DNA of 64,000 nt from an uncultured Nocardia sp. GTDB lineage: Bacteria > Actinomycetota > Actinomycetes > Mycobacteriales > Mycobacteriaceae. The DNA lies in assembly GCA_966435935.1 (NCBI GenBank), contig CBJNFW010000003.1:24224-88223 (forward strand). Reading direction: 5' to 3'. Below the pieces are notes generated by a model. It was given only the letters and a program-made list of their open reading frames with translations, was not told the origin of the DNA and searched no databases. Shown piece by piece: positions 18,611 to 28,143 of the stretch. Every line of letters begins with the position of its first letter. Positions within the stretch are counted from its first letter, which is position 1. Position numbers and translations under genes: made by a program.

Positions 18611-19639
18611 TCACTCCGCATCTCCACTCGGCACCTGCGAACGCCGCGACCGCTCGCGGCCCGTGTCGCCGCTCGCGCGGGCACCGGGTGCGCGGAACGA
18701 ATGCCGGGTACGGCGCCGAAGGGCGAGACTTCCGGGGCGGCGCTCAGTGCCGGAGCGGACGCCGAAGATACCGCCGATCCGCTGGGCGGACAGCACAACC
18801 GCGACGATGACCAGGCCGGGCAGCGTGGTCATCCACCACGCGGTGGCCAGGTAGTCGCGGCCGCCGGCGATCAGCGATCCCCATTCCGGCGTCGGCGGGC
18901 GGGCGCCGTAGCCGAGGAAACTCAGCGAGGACACCGCCAGGACGGCCACCCCGAATTCCACCGCCACCAGCGCGGCGACCGGCTCGTAGGCATTGCGCAG
19001 CACATGCCGCGACAACACACCGGGCCAGCGCACTCCCGCGGCGAAGGCCGCTTCCACGTACGGCGCGCGCCGCACCCGGACCACCTCGGACCGCATCACC
19101 CGGGCGAAGGTGGGTACCAGCGCGACACCCACCGCGATCGCGACGTTGCGGGTGCCGAAGCCGAGCGCGGTGACCAGAACCAGTGCGCTCAACAGCTCCG
19201 GAATCGACAGCAGCACATCGACGACGCGCATGATCGCGGCGTCGGTCCGGCCGCCGAGCGCACCGGCGAGCAGACCCAGCAGCGAGCCCGCGAGCAGGCC
19301 GATCAGCACCGCGAAAACCGTTGCGGTGACCGATAACGCGGTGGCGTGCACGACCCGCGTGTAGACGTCGCGGCCCAGATTGTCGGTACCGAACCAATGC
19401 CGACCGCTCGGACCGCGCAACTTCTCCGCCGGAACACCGCGCAACGGGTCGCCCCCGGCGAACAGCGACGGCCACACCGCCCAGCCGAGTACGACCAGCA
19501 GCACGATCGCCGGGAGCAGCACGGATCGTCCGGAACGCAGCGCCGCGCGCACATCGGGGACGAATCCGCGTGCGGCTGGCGTATCCGGATCCACGTCCAG
19601 TCGAGCCAGAACCGCTGTGCCACCGAATCTTTCACTCAT
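18611..19639 (-). CDS. ABC transporter permease (DppC/OppC-like)
   Basis: [18 protein letters not shown] motif plus BPD-transporter TM core. Start uncertain: ATG 19639 (GAGGTG RBS) is preferred, GTG 19666 is possible. Confidence 0.8.
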   Translation of the reverse strand: MSERFGGTAVLARLDVDPDTPAARGFVPDVRAALRSGRSVLLPAIVLLVVLGWAVWPSLFAGGDPLRGVPAEKLRGPSGRHWFGTDNLGRDVYTRVVHATALSVTATVFAVLIGLLAGSLLGLLAGALGGRTDAAIMRVVDVLLSIPELLSALVLVTALGFGTRNVAIAVGVALVPTFARVMRSEVVRVRRAPYVEAAFAAGVRWPGVLSRHVLRNAYEPVAALVAVEFGVAVLAVSSLSFLGYGARPPTPEWGSLIAGGRDYLATAWWMTTLPGLVIVAVVLSAQRIGGIFGVRSGTERRPGSLALRRRTRHSFRAPGARASGDTGRERSRRSQVPSGDAE

Positions 19640-19678
19640 ACCCGCACCTCGAGCCATACCACCCACTCGCGAACCCGG

Positions 19679-20695
19679 TCATCCGGCCACGCCCTGACGG
19701 TCGATCTCCGAAGCCTCGATTCCGGACGCCGCCGCGCCCTCCGCCTCGGCGCGCCCGCGCCGGAACTCTTGTCGCACCCGGGGATCCAGGACCGGATGAA
19801 TCAGGTCGACCGCGAGGTTGACCAGCGCGTAGGCCAGCGCGGTCAGCAGCACCACACCCTGCACGACCGGAATGTCCTCGGCGAGTACGGCGGTCTGGGT
19901 CAACCGGCCGATTCCGGCGCGCGAGAACACCGTCTCCACCACCACCGATCCGGCCAGCACGGTGCCGACCCACACCCCGGCCACGGCCAGCGCGGGGGCC
20001 AGTGCGGGCCGCAGCACATGATGTATCTGCACCCACCAGCGCGAGGCGCCCTTGGCGAACGCCACCTCGACGAAGCTCTGCCGCCACACCCCGGCCAGAC
20101 CGGTGTACAGGACCTGGGCGATGACCGCGCCGACCGGAATCGCCAGGGTCACCGCGGGCAGCACCGTCCCGGCGAACCCGGTGCCGCCGAACGCGGGTAC
20201 CAGTCGCAGCCGGAACGAGAAGAGTTGCAGCAGGAGCAATCCCACCCAGAAGGTAGGCGCCGAGGCGCCCACCGGCGGCACGGCGGTCAACAACCCGCGC
20301 AGCCGGGGCCGTTCGGTGTACGCGGCGGCCAGCGCGAGCGCGGCGCCGAAGACGAGCGCCAGCGTCAGCGCCAGCGCCGCCAGCGCGAGCGTCGAGGGCA
20401 GAGCCTGGCCGAGCGCACCGGTGACGCTCTGCCCGGTGCTCAGCGAATGCCCGAGGTCACCGTGCAGCGCGTGCTCCAGCGCGGTCCAATACTGTTGCCA
20501 GACCGGCTTGTCCAGCCCGTACCGCGCCCGCAGCTCGGCCACGGCCGCCGGGTCCACCTGCACTCCGGGATTCGCCCCGATCGCCAACTGGACCGGATCG
20601 GCGGGCAGCAGATACAGCACACCGAAGGTCACGGTGAACGCCGCCCACAACACGCCGATCGCCTGCAGCACTCGCGCGGCGACATAGCGGATCAT
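19679..20695 (-). CDS. ABC transporter permease (DppB/OppB-like)
   Basis: MIRYVAARVLQAIGVLWAAFTVTFGVLYLLPADP is the canonical N-terminus. ATG 20695 has a GGGGGA RBS; the track start at 20941 is an over-extension. Confidence 0.85.
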   Translation of the reverse strand: MIRYVAARVLQAIGVLWAAFTVTFGVLYLLPADPVQLAIGANPGVQVDPAAVAELRARYGLDKPVWQQYWTALEHALHGDLGHSLSTGQSVTGALGQALPSTLALAALALTLALVFGAALALAAAYTERPRLRGLLTAVPPVGASAPTFWVGLLLLQLFSFRLRLVPAFGGTGFAGTVLPAVTLAIPVGAVIAQVLYTGLAGVWRQSFVEVAFAKGASRWWVQIHHVLRPALAPALAVAGVWVGTVLAGSVVVETVFSRAGIGRLTQTAVLAEDIPVVQGVVLLTALAYALVNLAVDLIHPVLDPRVRQEFRRGRAEAEGAAASGIEASEIDRQGVAG

Positions 20696-21005
20696 CGAAT
20701 CCCCCTGCGATACGGCAGTTTCGGGGACCACCCCAGGGCACACTCGACACGCGGCCCGCGTTCGACTCGCCGAAAGCGACTCGAAGTCGCGCGCCGGACG
20801 CCGGAGGCCGGAAAGCCCAGGCCCGGCACGGCTGTGGCACCATTGCCCAACTCCCGAACCATTTCCTCGGGGCCGGACCAACTTACGGCCCGCATGCGCA
20901 TCATGCCCGAACGGCTCGCGCGGCGCGATACTTCCGCGCATCCGAACAGCGACTCATAATCCGTTCGCACGCAGTGGCGTCCACTATCTACCCGGCTCCC
21001 GTAGT

Positions 21006-22079
21006 TCATCGAACGGCCTCCTCGGCGAGATACCGCTGGGCGCCCAGCGCACGGCTGGGTATCCGCGCGCGGAGTACCGGCGCGACCTCGGCCTGGAACA
21101 GTTCCAGGCTCGCGCGGTGCTGCGCGGGGGTCAGGCCGTCGCTGTCGGCGCTGAGGTGGATGGCTTCGTGGCCGAATCGCTCGTGGTAGCGCAGCACCTT
21201 GTCGACGACCTGTTGCGGGCTGCCGATCAGGGCGGAGCTGCGGTCGATGAAATCCTCGACGGTCTCGAAGACGGTCGGGAGTCGGTGTGCGCGGGCCGCT
21301 GCCTGGCGCGCGGCGAAGATCGGCCGGTACGCGCGCAGCGCGGCCTGGGAATCGCGGGCGACATAGAACCCGGCCGTCCCGGCGCCGACCAGCGCCCGAG
21401 CCGGATCGTGACCGTGCGCGGCCCAGCGCTGCCGGTAGTACTCGATCAGTTCGGCATACGGTTCGATGGGGTTGGTGACGTTGGCCGAGAACAGCGGATC
21501 ACCGTGCAACGCGGCCAATTCCACCGATTCTCGGCTGGTGGCGCTGCCGTGCCAGATCCGCAGCCGCGACTGCAGCGGCCGGGGCAGCGCCTTGGCCTCG
21601 GTCAGGGCGGGACGGAACCGGCCCGCCCAAGTGACGCTCTCGCTCTCCCACAACCTGCGGAACAGCTCGTAACCCTCGCGGTTGCGCTCCCACTGGTCCT
21701 GGGACGTGACGTGGAACAGTTTCGCCTGCGCCGCGCCGTTGCCCTTGCCGATGATGAGCTCGAGCCGCCCGCCCGAGAGATTGTCCAGCGTCGAGTAGTC
21801 CTCGAAGGCGCGCACCGGGTCCAGCAGGCTCAATGTGGTGACCCCGGTGAACAGCGCGATATGCGAGGTCACCGCGGCGATATGACTCAGCACGACCGGG
21901 GGCGCGGCCGAGATGAACGGATCCTCGTGCCGCTCACCGACCGCGAAACCGTCGTAGCCGAGTTCCTCGGCCAGTCGGGCACTCTCGACCACTCGGCGCA
22001 GGCGCTGCGCCGGGGTCTCGGTGGCACCGGTCAGCGGATCGGGTTGATGGGTGATGAGGGTCAGCAGCAGGAACTTCAT
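21006..22079 (-). CDS. LLM class flavin-dependent oxidoreductase
   Basis: MKFLLLTLITH...ELGYDGFAVGERHE...LSGGRLELIIGKGN luciferase-like monooxygenase signature. GGAGG RBS in the 33-nt gap after the upstream ATPase gene. Confidence 0.85.
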   Translation of the reverse strand: MKFLLLTLITHQPDPLTGATETPAQRLRRVVESARLAEELGYDGFAVGERHEDPFISAAPPVVLSHIAAVTSHIALFTGVTTLSLLDPVRAFEDYSTLDNLSGGRLELIIGKGNGAAQAKLFHVTSQDQWERNREGYELFRRLWESESVTWAGRFRPALTEAKALPRPLQSRLRIWHGSATSRESVELAALHGDPLFSANVTNPIEPYAELIEYYRQRWAAHGHDPARALVGAGTAGFYVARDSQAALRAYRPIFAARQAAARAHRLPTVFETVEDFIDRSSALIGSPQQVVDKVLRYHERFGHEAIHLSADSDGLTPAQHRASLELFQAEVAPVLRARIPSRALGAQRYLAEEAVR

Positions 22080-22112
22080 CCGTGGCGAACCTCCGCGAAT
22101 CGACTGGTCGGC

Positions 22113-22931
22113 TCAGAGCACATGGGCGAGAAAGGCTTTCGTGCGCGGGTGGGCAGGCTGGTCGAGTACCTGCGCGGGCGGGCCCTGCTCGACGATCCGC
22201 CCGTCGTCCATCAGCACCACGGTGTCGGCCACCTCGCGGGCGAATCCGATCTCGTGCGTGACGATCACCAGCGTGGAACCGTCGCGGGCCAGATCGCGGA
22301 TGACGTCGAGCACCTCGCCGACCAGCTCCGGATCCAGCGCCGAGGTGGGCTCGTCGAACAGCACCACCCGCGGGCGCAGGGCCAGCGCACGCGCGATCGC
22401 GACCCGCTGCTGCTGTCCGCCGGACAACCTGCGCGGATAGTCTCGAGCCTTGTCCGCGAGCCCGACCCGGTCGAGCAGCTCCGCGGCCTCGGCGCGCGCC
22501 TGCGCACGCGGCCGGCGTTGTGCGGAGATCGGTGCCAGCGCAACGTTTTCCAGCACGGTGAGGTGCGGAAACAGGTTGAAGTTCTGGAAGACGAAGCCGA
22601 TTCGCGAACGCTGCCGCAGGATCTCGCGTTCGCTCAGCTCACGCAGGGCCGCGCCGCTGCGGCGGTATCCGACCAGTTCGCCGCTGACCCGAACCGAGCC
22701 GGCGTCCACCTTCTCTAGATGATTGATGGTGCGCAGCAATGTCGATTTACCCGAGCCCGACGGTCCCAGGATCACCGTCACCTCACCCGGCCGCACCGCC
22801 AGATCGATGCCGCGCAGCACCTCGTGCGAGCCGAAATGCTTACGCACGCCGCGCAGTTCGACCGCATAGTCGCTCCGCGACGCCGACGCGGTAGCCGCCT
22901 TTTCGCCCGCCGCGGATACCGTCTCGTTCAC
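22113..22931 (-). CDS. amino acid ABC transporter ATP-binding protein
   Basis: [43 protein letters not shown], polar-amino-acid type. GTG 22931 overlaps the permease stop (GTGA); the 560-aa track ORF is an over-extension. Confidence 0.9.
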   Translation of the reverse strand: MNETVSAAGEKAATASASRSDYAVELRGVRKHFGSHEVLRGIDLAVRPGEVTVILGPSGSGKSTLLRTINHLEKVDAGSVRVSGELVGYRRSGAALRELSEREILRQRSRIGFVFQNFNLFPHLTVLENVALAPISAQRRPRAQARAEAAELLDRVGLADKARDYPRRLSGGQQQRVAIARALALRPRVVLFDEPTSALDPELVGEVLDVIRDLARDGSTLVIVTHEIGFAREVADTVVLMDDGRIVEQGPPAQVLDQPAHPRTKAFLAHVL

Positions 22932-23869
22932 ACTCGCTCCTCGGTGATCTCGGCGACCTTCGCGCGAATTCGCTGCCACGGCGTAGGGGGCAGTTCCCGC
23001 TGAGCGCCCTTCGCGAAATGCCGTTCGATGTAGTACTGCACGACGCTCAGCACGCTGGTGAGCACGATGTACCAGACCGTGGCCACCATGAGCAGCGGCA
23101 CCACCCGGCCGTTGCGGCCGTAGATCACCTGGACCTGATAGAACAGCTCCGCGATGGCCATCACCGAGACGATCGAGGTGCCTTTGAACAGGCTGATCAC
23201 CTCGTTCGCGGCATTGGGCAGAATGCCCCGCATCGCCTGTGGCGCAACGATGGTGAAGAACTGCCGCCGCCACGGCAACCCGAGTGATTTCGCCGCTTCC
23301 AGCTGTCCGGGATCCACCGAGATGATGCCGGCGCGGATGATCTCGGCCGAATAGGCTCCCTGATGCAGTGCCAGCCCGATCACCGCCGCGGTGAACCCGC
23401 TGATCACGCCGTTCACATCGAACGCGAAAAATGCGGGGCCGAAGGGAATTCCGATCGATATCCGCTTGTAGAGGTAAGCGATGTTGAACCAGAACAACAG
23501 CTGCACGATGAGCGGAATGGATCGGAAAGCCCATACATAGGCCCACGCGATCACTTGCAACACAGGGATTTTCGACAATCGCGCGACGGCGATCCAGACA
23601 CCGAGGAGAAATCCGAACAACGTTCCCCAGAAGGTCAGCTCGAGCGTGACGCGCATCGCCGACAGTACCGACTTCGCGGTGAAGTACTGCCCGAACGTCG
23701 GCCAGTCCCACCCCGGATTGGTGACCAGGCCGTGCGCGAACTGCGCGACCACGACCAGTGCCAGCACCGCGACGAGCCAACGCCACGGGTGCCAAGTGCG
23801 CGCGACCGGCAGGGCCCCCTCATCGGCCTCCGGTACCGGCGGACTGCCGACAGCGGTCACTGTGCTCAT
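22928..23869 (-). CDS. amino acid ABC transporter permease (His/Glu/Gln/Arg/opine family)
   Basis: TLELTFWGTLFGFLLGVWIAVARLS...AFRSIPLIVQLLFWF...EAAKSLGL motif. GGAGGA RBS before ATG 23869. Confidence 0.85.
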   Translation of the reverse strand: MSTVTAVGSPPVPEADEGALPVARTWHPWRWLVAVLALVVVAQFAHGLVTNPGWDWPTFGQYFTAKSVLSAMRVTLELTFWGTLFGFLLGVWIAVARLSKIPVLQVIAWAYVWAFRSIPLIVQLLFWFNIAYLYKRISIGIPFGPAFFAFDVNGVISGFTAAVIGLALHQGAYSAEIIRAGIISVDPGQLEAAKSLGLPWRRQFFTIVAPQAMRGILPNAANEVISLFKGTSIVSVMAIAELFYQVQVIYGRNGRVVPLLMVATVWYIVLTSVLSVVQYYIERHFAKGAQRELPPTPWQRIRAKVAEITEERV

Positions 23870-24116
23870 GAAATCCTCCAGCGATCCCGCGGTAGCGCTC
23901 GCACCCGGCGGCGGCGAGCCGCTGCATCGACGCTAGAACAGCAGCGTCCGGCTGTCGGTACTCCTGCTCAGCGTGAATTGAACTGTTGGTCCGGGCACGC
24001 GCGGCCTGGATCGGGCGCGCGGGAGTTCTATGTACACTATTGTTCGCAATGAGCTGACACCCATCCGGACATGATCAGAACAACGCCGTTTTCAACCAGC
24101 TCGGAGGAGTGCGTCC

Positions 24117-24980
24117 ATGAAGGATCTGAACGGCCGCCTGTGCCTGATCACCGGCGCGGCCAGTGGTATCGGGCGGGCGACCGCCATCGCCGCGGCCGAC
24201 CGGGGTATGCGCCTGTTCCTCACCGACATCTCCGAGGACGGGCTGAACGACACGGTCGCGCGGATCCGTGCCACCGGCGGCGAGGTACTCGACGCGCAGG
24301 CCCTGGACATCGCCGATTACGAGGCGGTGCGCGCGTGGGCCGAACGGATCCACGGGCGGTATCCGAGCCTGGACGTGGTGATGAACATCGCCGGCATCGC
24401 CATCTGGGGCACTGTGGAGAATCTGGAACACCGGCACTGGCGCTCCGTGGTCGAGGTCAACCTGATGGGTCCTATCCACGTCATCGAGAGTTTCCTGCCG
24501 CCGATGGTTCGCGCCGGACGCGGGGGACATCTGGTCAACGTCTCCTCGGCCGCCGGGCTGCTCGCGCTGCCCTGGCACGCGGCCTACAGCGCCAGCAAGT
24601 TCGGTTTGCGCGGCATCTCCGACGTGCTCCGCTTCGACCTCGAGCGGCATGACATCGGGGTGAGCCTGGTCGTCCCGGGCGCGGTGCGCACACCGCTGGT
24701 GGGCACGGTGCAGGTGGTCGGCGTCGATCGCGACGATCCTCGGGTCAAACGGCTGACCGGCCTGTTCGAAGGCCACGCCGCGACACCGGAACAGGTGGCC
24801 GAGCGGATTCTGTCCGGCGTCGAACGCAACCGCTATCTGGTGCACACCTCGGCGGATATCCGGATCGGCTACTGGTTCGCCCGCAAATTCGCGCTGCCCT
24901 ACGAGATCGCCATGCGACTGGCCAACCGGCAGTTCAGCCGCCTGCTCGACGCGCAGCGCCGGAGTGCGGTGTCGCGCTGA
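24117..24980 (+). CDS. SDR family oxidoreductase
   Basis: TGAASGIGRA cofactor motif, NIAGI, catalytic YSASK. GGAGGAG RBS. Confidence 0.9.
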   Translation: MKDLNGRLCLITGAASGIGRATAIAAADRGMRLFLTDISEDGLNDTVARIRATGGEVLDAQALDIADYEAVRAWAERIHGRYPSLDVVMNIAGIAIWGTVENLEHRHWRSVVEVNLMGPIHVIESFLPPMVRAGRGGHLVNVSSAAGLLALPWHAAYSASKFGLRGISDVLRFDLERHDIGVSLVVPGAVRTPLVGTVQVVGVDRDDPRVKRLTGLFEGHAATPEQVAERILSGVERNRYLVHTSADIRIGYWFARKFALPYEIAMRLANRQFSRLLDAQRRSAVSR

Positions 24981-24992
24981 GCAATTCGACGA

Positions 24993-25724
24993 TCACATCT
25001 GAGCCAGGCAGACGACGAACTTGCGCTGCTTGTAGACCACGCCGTGGTTCGCGTCGGTGCAGGTGTTCACATCCGCGGTATTGCGGTTGATCGCCTGCAC
25101 CCGCATCGTGCCGGGGCCCGCGGTGCAGTCGGTCGGGGTCGCGGAATTGCCCGAGACCGCCATGCAGCGCCCGACTTCCCAGTCGGTGTCCAGGCAGAGC
25201 GTGTCCTTCGCGCCGCCGGGCAGCGTCTGCGACACCGACCGATCCGAATCGCTCGGGCACTGCCCGCCCGAACCCGCCTTGCTGTTCACCCGATAGGCGG
25301 AATTCGAACTGCCGCAAGAGGTTTTGGTCACCGAACCGTCCGAGCCGACCCCGGCCACACAGTCGCCCGCGGAGACCGGGTCCGCGGTGTCGCGCTGGTT
25401 CGCACCCCTGCTGCTAGTCGGCGCCGGAGTGGAGGTGGGGGTAGCCGTGGCCGAGGAGGCGGCGGCCAGCGGCGGCAGCGGCGCGATGGTGGTACCGGGC
25501 TTGGCGGCCGGCGATTTGGGGCCGGTCGTCCTGGCCGTGTGCGACGCCGTGGGCGTCGTGGTCTCGGCACTCGCCGCCGAGGTCTGCGAGGCACTGGCGT
25601 CGGCCGCGTTCACATGGTGGCCGCCCACCGACAGCGCAGCGAAGATCAGGCAAGCCATCGCCAGGCCGGAAGCAATCACGAAGCCCACCAGGATGATTCC
25701 GGCGTGGACACGACGACGCGGCAC
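24993..25724 (-). CDS. membrane-anchored secreted protein with Ser/Thr/Pro/Ala linker and Cys-rich C-terminal domain
   Basis: GTG 25724 with GGAGGA RBS. N-terminal TM (GIILVGFVIASGLAMACLIFAAL), a ~90-aa STPA-rich linker, then a ~120-aa domain with paired Cys (GDCV, TSCG, GQCP, TLCLD, GRCM, TDCT, NTCT, VVCL). Possibly LppU/SCO3870-like, not verified. Confidence 0.6.
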   Translation of the reverse strand: MPRRRVHAGIILVGFVIASGLAMACLIFAALSVGGHHVNAADASASQTSAASAETTTPTASHTARTTGPKSPAAKPGTTIAPLPPLAAASSATATPTSTPAPTSSRGANQRDTADPVSAGDCVAGVGSDGSVTKTSCGSSNSAYRVNSKAGSGGQCPSDSDRSVSQTLPGGAKDTLCLDTDWEVGRCMAVSGNSATPTDCTAGPGTMRVQAINRNTADVNTCTDANHGVVYKQRKFVVCLAQM

Positions 25725-26015
25725 GAAACCGTCCTCCAGAGCTGTAACACTTCGAATCCGTATCGCGAGATTCCAAGTTTGAACACACGTGTTTTGCGAT
25801 CACACAGTGCATACACCACCTGCGACGGCATACGCGAATTGTGAAGCTGCATATTTTTACTCGGAACCGGGTACGCACCTTTGCATATAACAATTCAATA
25901 ACGATGCCGGGCGGGCTCTCGCGTATAGCCATGTCTGCCAACAGGCTTCGGACCCGGTACAGTCATTCGCCGTCCGGCTGCTCATGCCGGCGGTAGGCTC
26001 CGATAGGAAATCTGT

Positions 26016-26642
26016 ATGAAGTTCGGCAAGTTCGCCGCAACCGCACTTCTCGCGGTTGTGACGGTGGGGATCGCCGCGGGGACGGCGAACGCGAGCCCAT
26101 CGGCACCCCATTCCCCCACAGTGGCCAAACAGACCACGGCCTCCGGCGTCGACCACGGCGTCGCGTATCACTCGGTCCTGTCGGACCTGTCGCACAAGCT
26201 GACGACCGTCGTGGACAAGGGCCGGTTCGAGCTCGCCGCGAACGGCACCGAGGTCGATCTGAAGAACACTGACGGCACCGCCCTCGCCAAGGTGCCGCTG
26301 GCGTTCCGGATCAACGGCGGCACACTGCATCTCGCGCAGCAGATCAGCGCGGACGGGCACCAGCTCGTCCTGGAGCCGAAAGCTCCCAGCGCCAAGGACA
26401 TCGGTGAGTTGCGGCCGGTCAACTCGATGGCCCGGCTGATGGCCGAGATCAACAAGAACATCGTCGGCGTGGTCGTCGGCGGCGTGCTCGGCGGCCTGAT
26501 CGGCGCCGTGTGCGGATTCTTCTTCCTGAGCTGGCTCACCGGGCCCGTCGGCCTGCTGATCGGTGCGATCGGCGGCGGATACGCCATGGGCGGGCAGCCG
26601 TTCATGGACGCGGTCACCGCGGTGCTGTCCGGCCGGCCCTGA
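26016..26642 (+). CDS. secreted protein with C-terminal glycine-zipper membrane segment (distant paralogue of 35086 and 36029)
   Basis: Signal peptide (AAGTANASP), beta-rich domain with the G.FEL.ANG motif, and a C-terminus IVGVVVGGVLGGLIGAVCGFFFLSWLTGPVGLLIGAIGGGYAMGG. Confidence 0.65.
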   Translation: MKFGKFAATALLAVVTVGIAAGTANASPSAPHSPTVAKQTTASGVDHGVAYHSVLSDLSHKLTTVVDKGRFELAANGTEVDLKNTDGTALAKVPLAFRINGGTLHLAQQISADGHQLVLEPKAPSAKDIGELRPVNSMARLMAEINKNIVGVVVGGVLGGLIGAVCGFFFLSWLTGPVGLLIGAIGGGYAMGGQPFMDAVTAVLSGRP

Positions 26643-26783
26643 TCGCACACCCGCGAGCCCGCGGCCTCGGCACGAGGTCGCGGGCGCTGCGCTGGGACGT
26701 TGCGCGCCCGCGCATTTCGTGGCTCAATGCGAAGGGGCGGCCCCTACCTGCCGCCCGTCCGCATCGACCTCGAGGGTTCGCTG

Positions 26784-27431
26784 ATGACCGGGCACGAGCA
26801 CGTCTGGATCCGCACCGGGGATCCGGCGATGGTCGAATTGCGGGATCCGTTGTCGCGGTGTGCGGTTGGCATCGTCCGTCCCGACGAGAGCGAGTTACCC
26901 GGCGAGTTCCTGGTCGAACTCGAGACCCTGGTGTTCCAGTGGGAGAACGTCAACACCCAGGCATCCGCCGACGCCTATCTGGCCCTGCGCGGACCGGACG
27001 AGCGAATCGATCTCCTGCGCGGTCTCAGCTGGTTGTGCGCGCTCTGGGCAGTGGTGTGTGAAACCAGGCTCGGCAAATCCGCAGACAACATCATTCGCGA
27101 CCTCGATTACCGGGGTGGCAGACGGGTCATCCGCAGCGCCGACCAGGAACGACTCTGGGAAAATCTCACGCAGCGAGTGCGTTTGGGCGCACTCGCGGCA
27201 TTGACCGAGGATCCCCGGGCGGTGGCGGCCTACCACACGGCCTGCACCGAACCGGCCGGGATCGCCGCGGATCTGATCCAGCACACCCTCATTCACCTCG
27301 ACGGATTCAGCCAGGACATGCAACGGCACGGCCTGACCGCGCGGGGCCTGGCTGCCGGTGTCATCGCCCATACCCGGCCGAGTACGGGTCCCCGGAAGCG
27401 CCTGTGTTTCCGGCCAGCGCACCCGATCTGA
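26784..27431 (+). CDS. hypothetical protein (no family recognised)
   Basis: Open frame with G/C-biased third positions. ATG 26784 is preceded by GAGGG. No motif I can assign. Confidence 0.45.
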   Translation: MTGHEHVWIRTGDPAMVELRDPLSRCAVGIVRPDESELPGEFLVELETLVFQWENVNTQASADAYLALRGPDERIDLLRGLSWLCALWAVVCETRLGKSADNIIRDLDYRGGRRVIRSADQERLWENLTQRVRLGALAALTEDPRAVAAYHTACTEPAGIAADLIQHTLIHLDGFSQDMQRHGLTARGLAAGVIAHTRPSTGPRKRLCFRPAHPI

Positions 27432-27529
27432 TCCGAACGGGTGTTTTCCCAGCTGTGGGCATGCGCCCGCACACGTGATCGATCTCACCAACGACACGAA
27501 GGGCGACACGCCCGGCCGCATCCGGCCGA

Positions 27530-28045
27530 CTACCCGGCGGCGCGCAACTCCTCGGCGTGCAAACGGCGGTACCGACTGCCGTGGAAGACCAGTGGATCGA
27601 TATCGGCACGGGTGGCCAGGCGCTGGATGTGCACCAGCACCACCTGGTGATCCCCCGCGGGCACCTGCGCGTGCACGGTCCCCTCGATCCACGCGGACGC
27701 ACCCTCGACGAATACCGCGTGTCCGGTTCCGCGATGCAGCCCCACCCCCGCGAACCGGTCGCCCGTGCGCGACCCGAACGACCGCGCCGCATCCTGCTGA
27801 TCCGTCCCGAGCAGACTCAATCCGAGATGGCTGGCCCGCGACAACAGCGGCCACGTCGAGGAACTGTTCTGCACGCAGAACGACGCCAGCGGCGGCTCGA
27901 GCGATACCGGCACGAACGTACTCACCGCCAATCCGTAACGCACGCCGTCGATTTCGGCGCAGACGGTCACCACCCCGCTGGGAAAGGCGGCGAAGGCGGC
28001 ACGCAAACCGGCGGCGTCGGCGGGAATCTCCTGCAGTTCGGACAT
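27530..28045 (-). CDS. flavin reductase (NAD(P)H:FMN oxidoreductase, HpaC/SsuE-functional analogue)
   Basis: LRAAFAAFPSGVVTVCAEIDGVRYGLAVSTFVPVSLEPPLASFCV...GDHQVVLVHI flavin_reduct fold. Start at ATG 28045 (MSELQEIP); the track start at 28336 overlaps sfnB. Confidence 0.85.
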   Translation of the reverse strand: MSELQEIPADAAGLRAAFAAFPSGVVTVCAEIDGVRYGLAVSTFVPVSLEPPLASFCVQNSSSTWPLLSRASHLGLSLLGTDQQDAARSFGSRTGDRFAGVGLHRGTGHAVFVEGASAWIEGTVHAQVPAGDHQVVLVHIQRLATRADIDPLVFHGSRYRRLHAEELRAAG

Positions 28046-28143
28046 GGGGTACCTCTCTGTTCTGGCGGAGCGGAACATGGATCGCCTGCGTTCCGCCCAA
28101 CCCAAGCAACGCCCACCCGAAGGCCGGGGCCCGCCCGGTCCTG

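Noticed and set aside
20696-21005. SAM-type riboswitch in the 310-nt gap of the sulfur-related array.
   Set aside because: I could not align the gap to the SAM-I or SAM-IV cores as I remember them. It is left as an unexplained structured gap rather than a called riboswitch.
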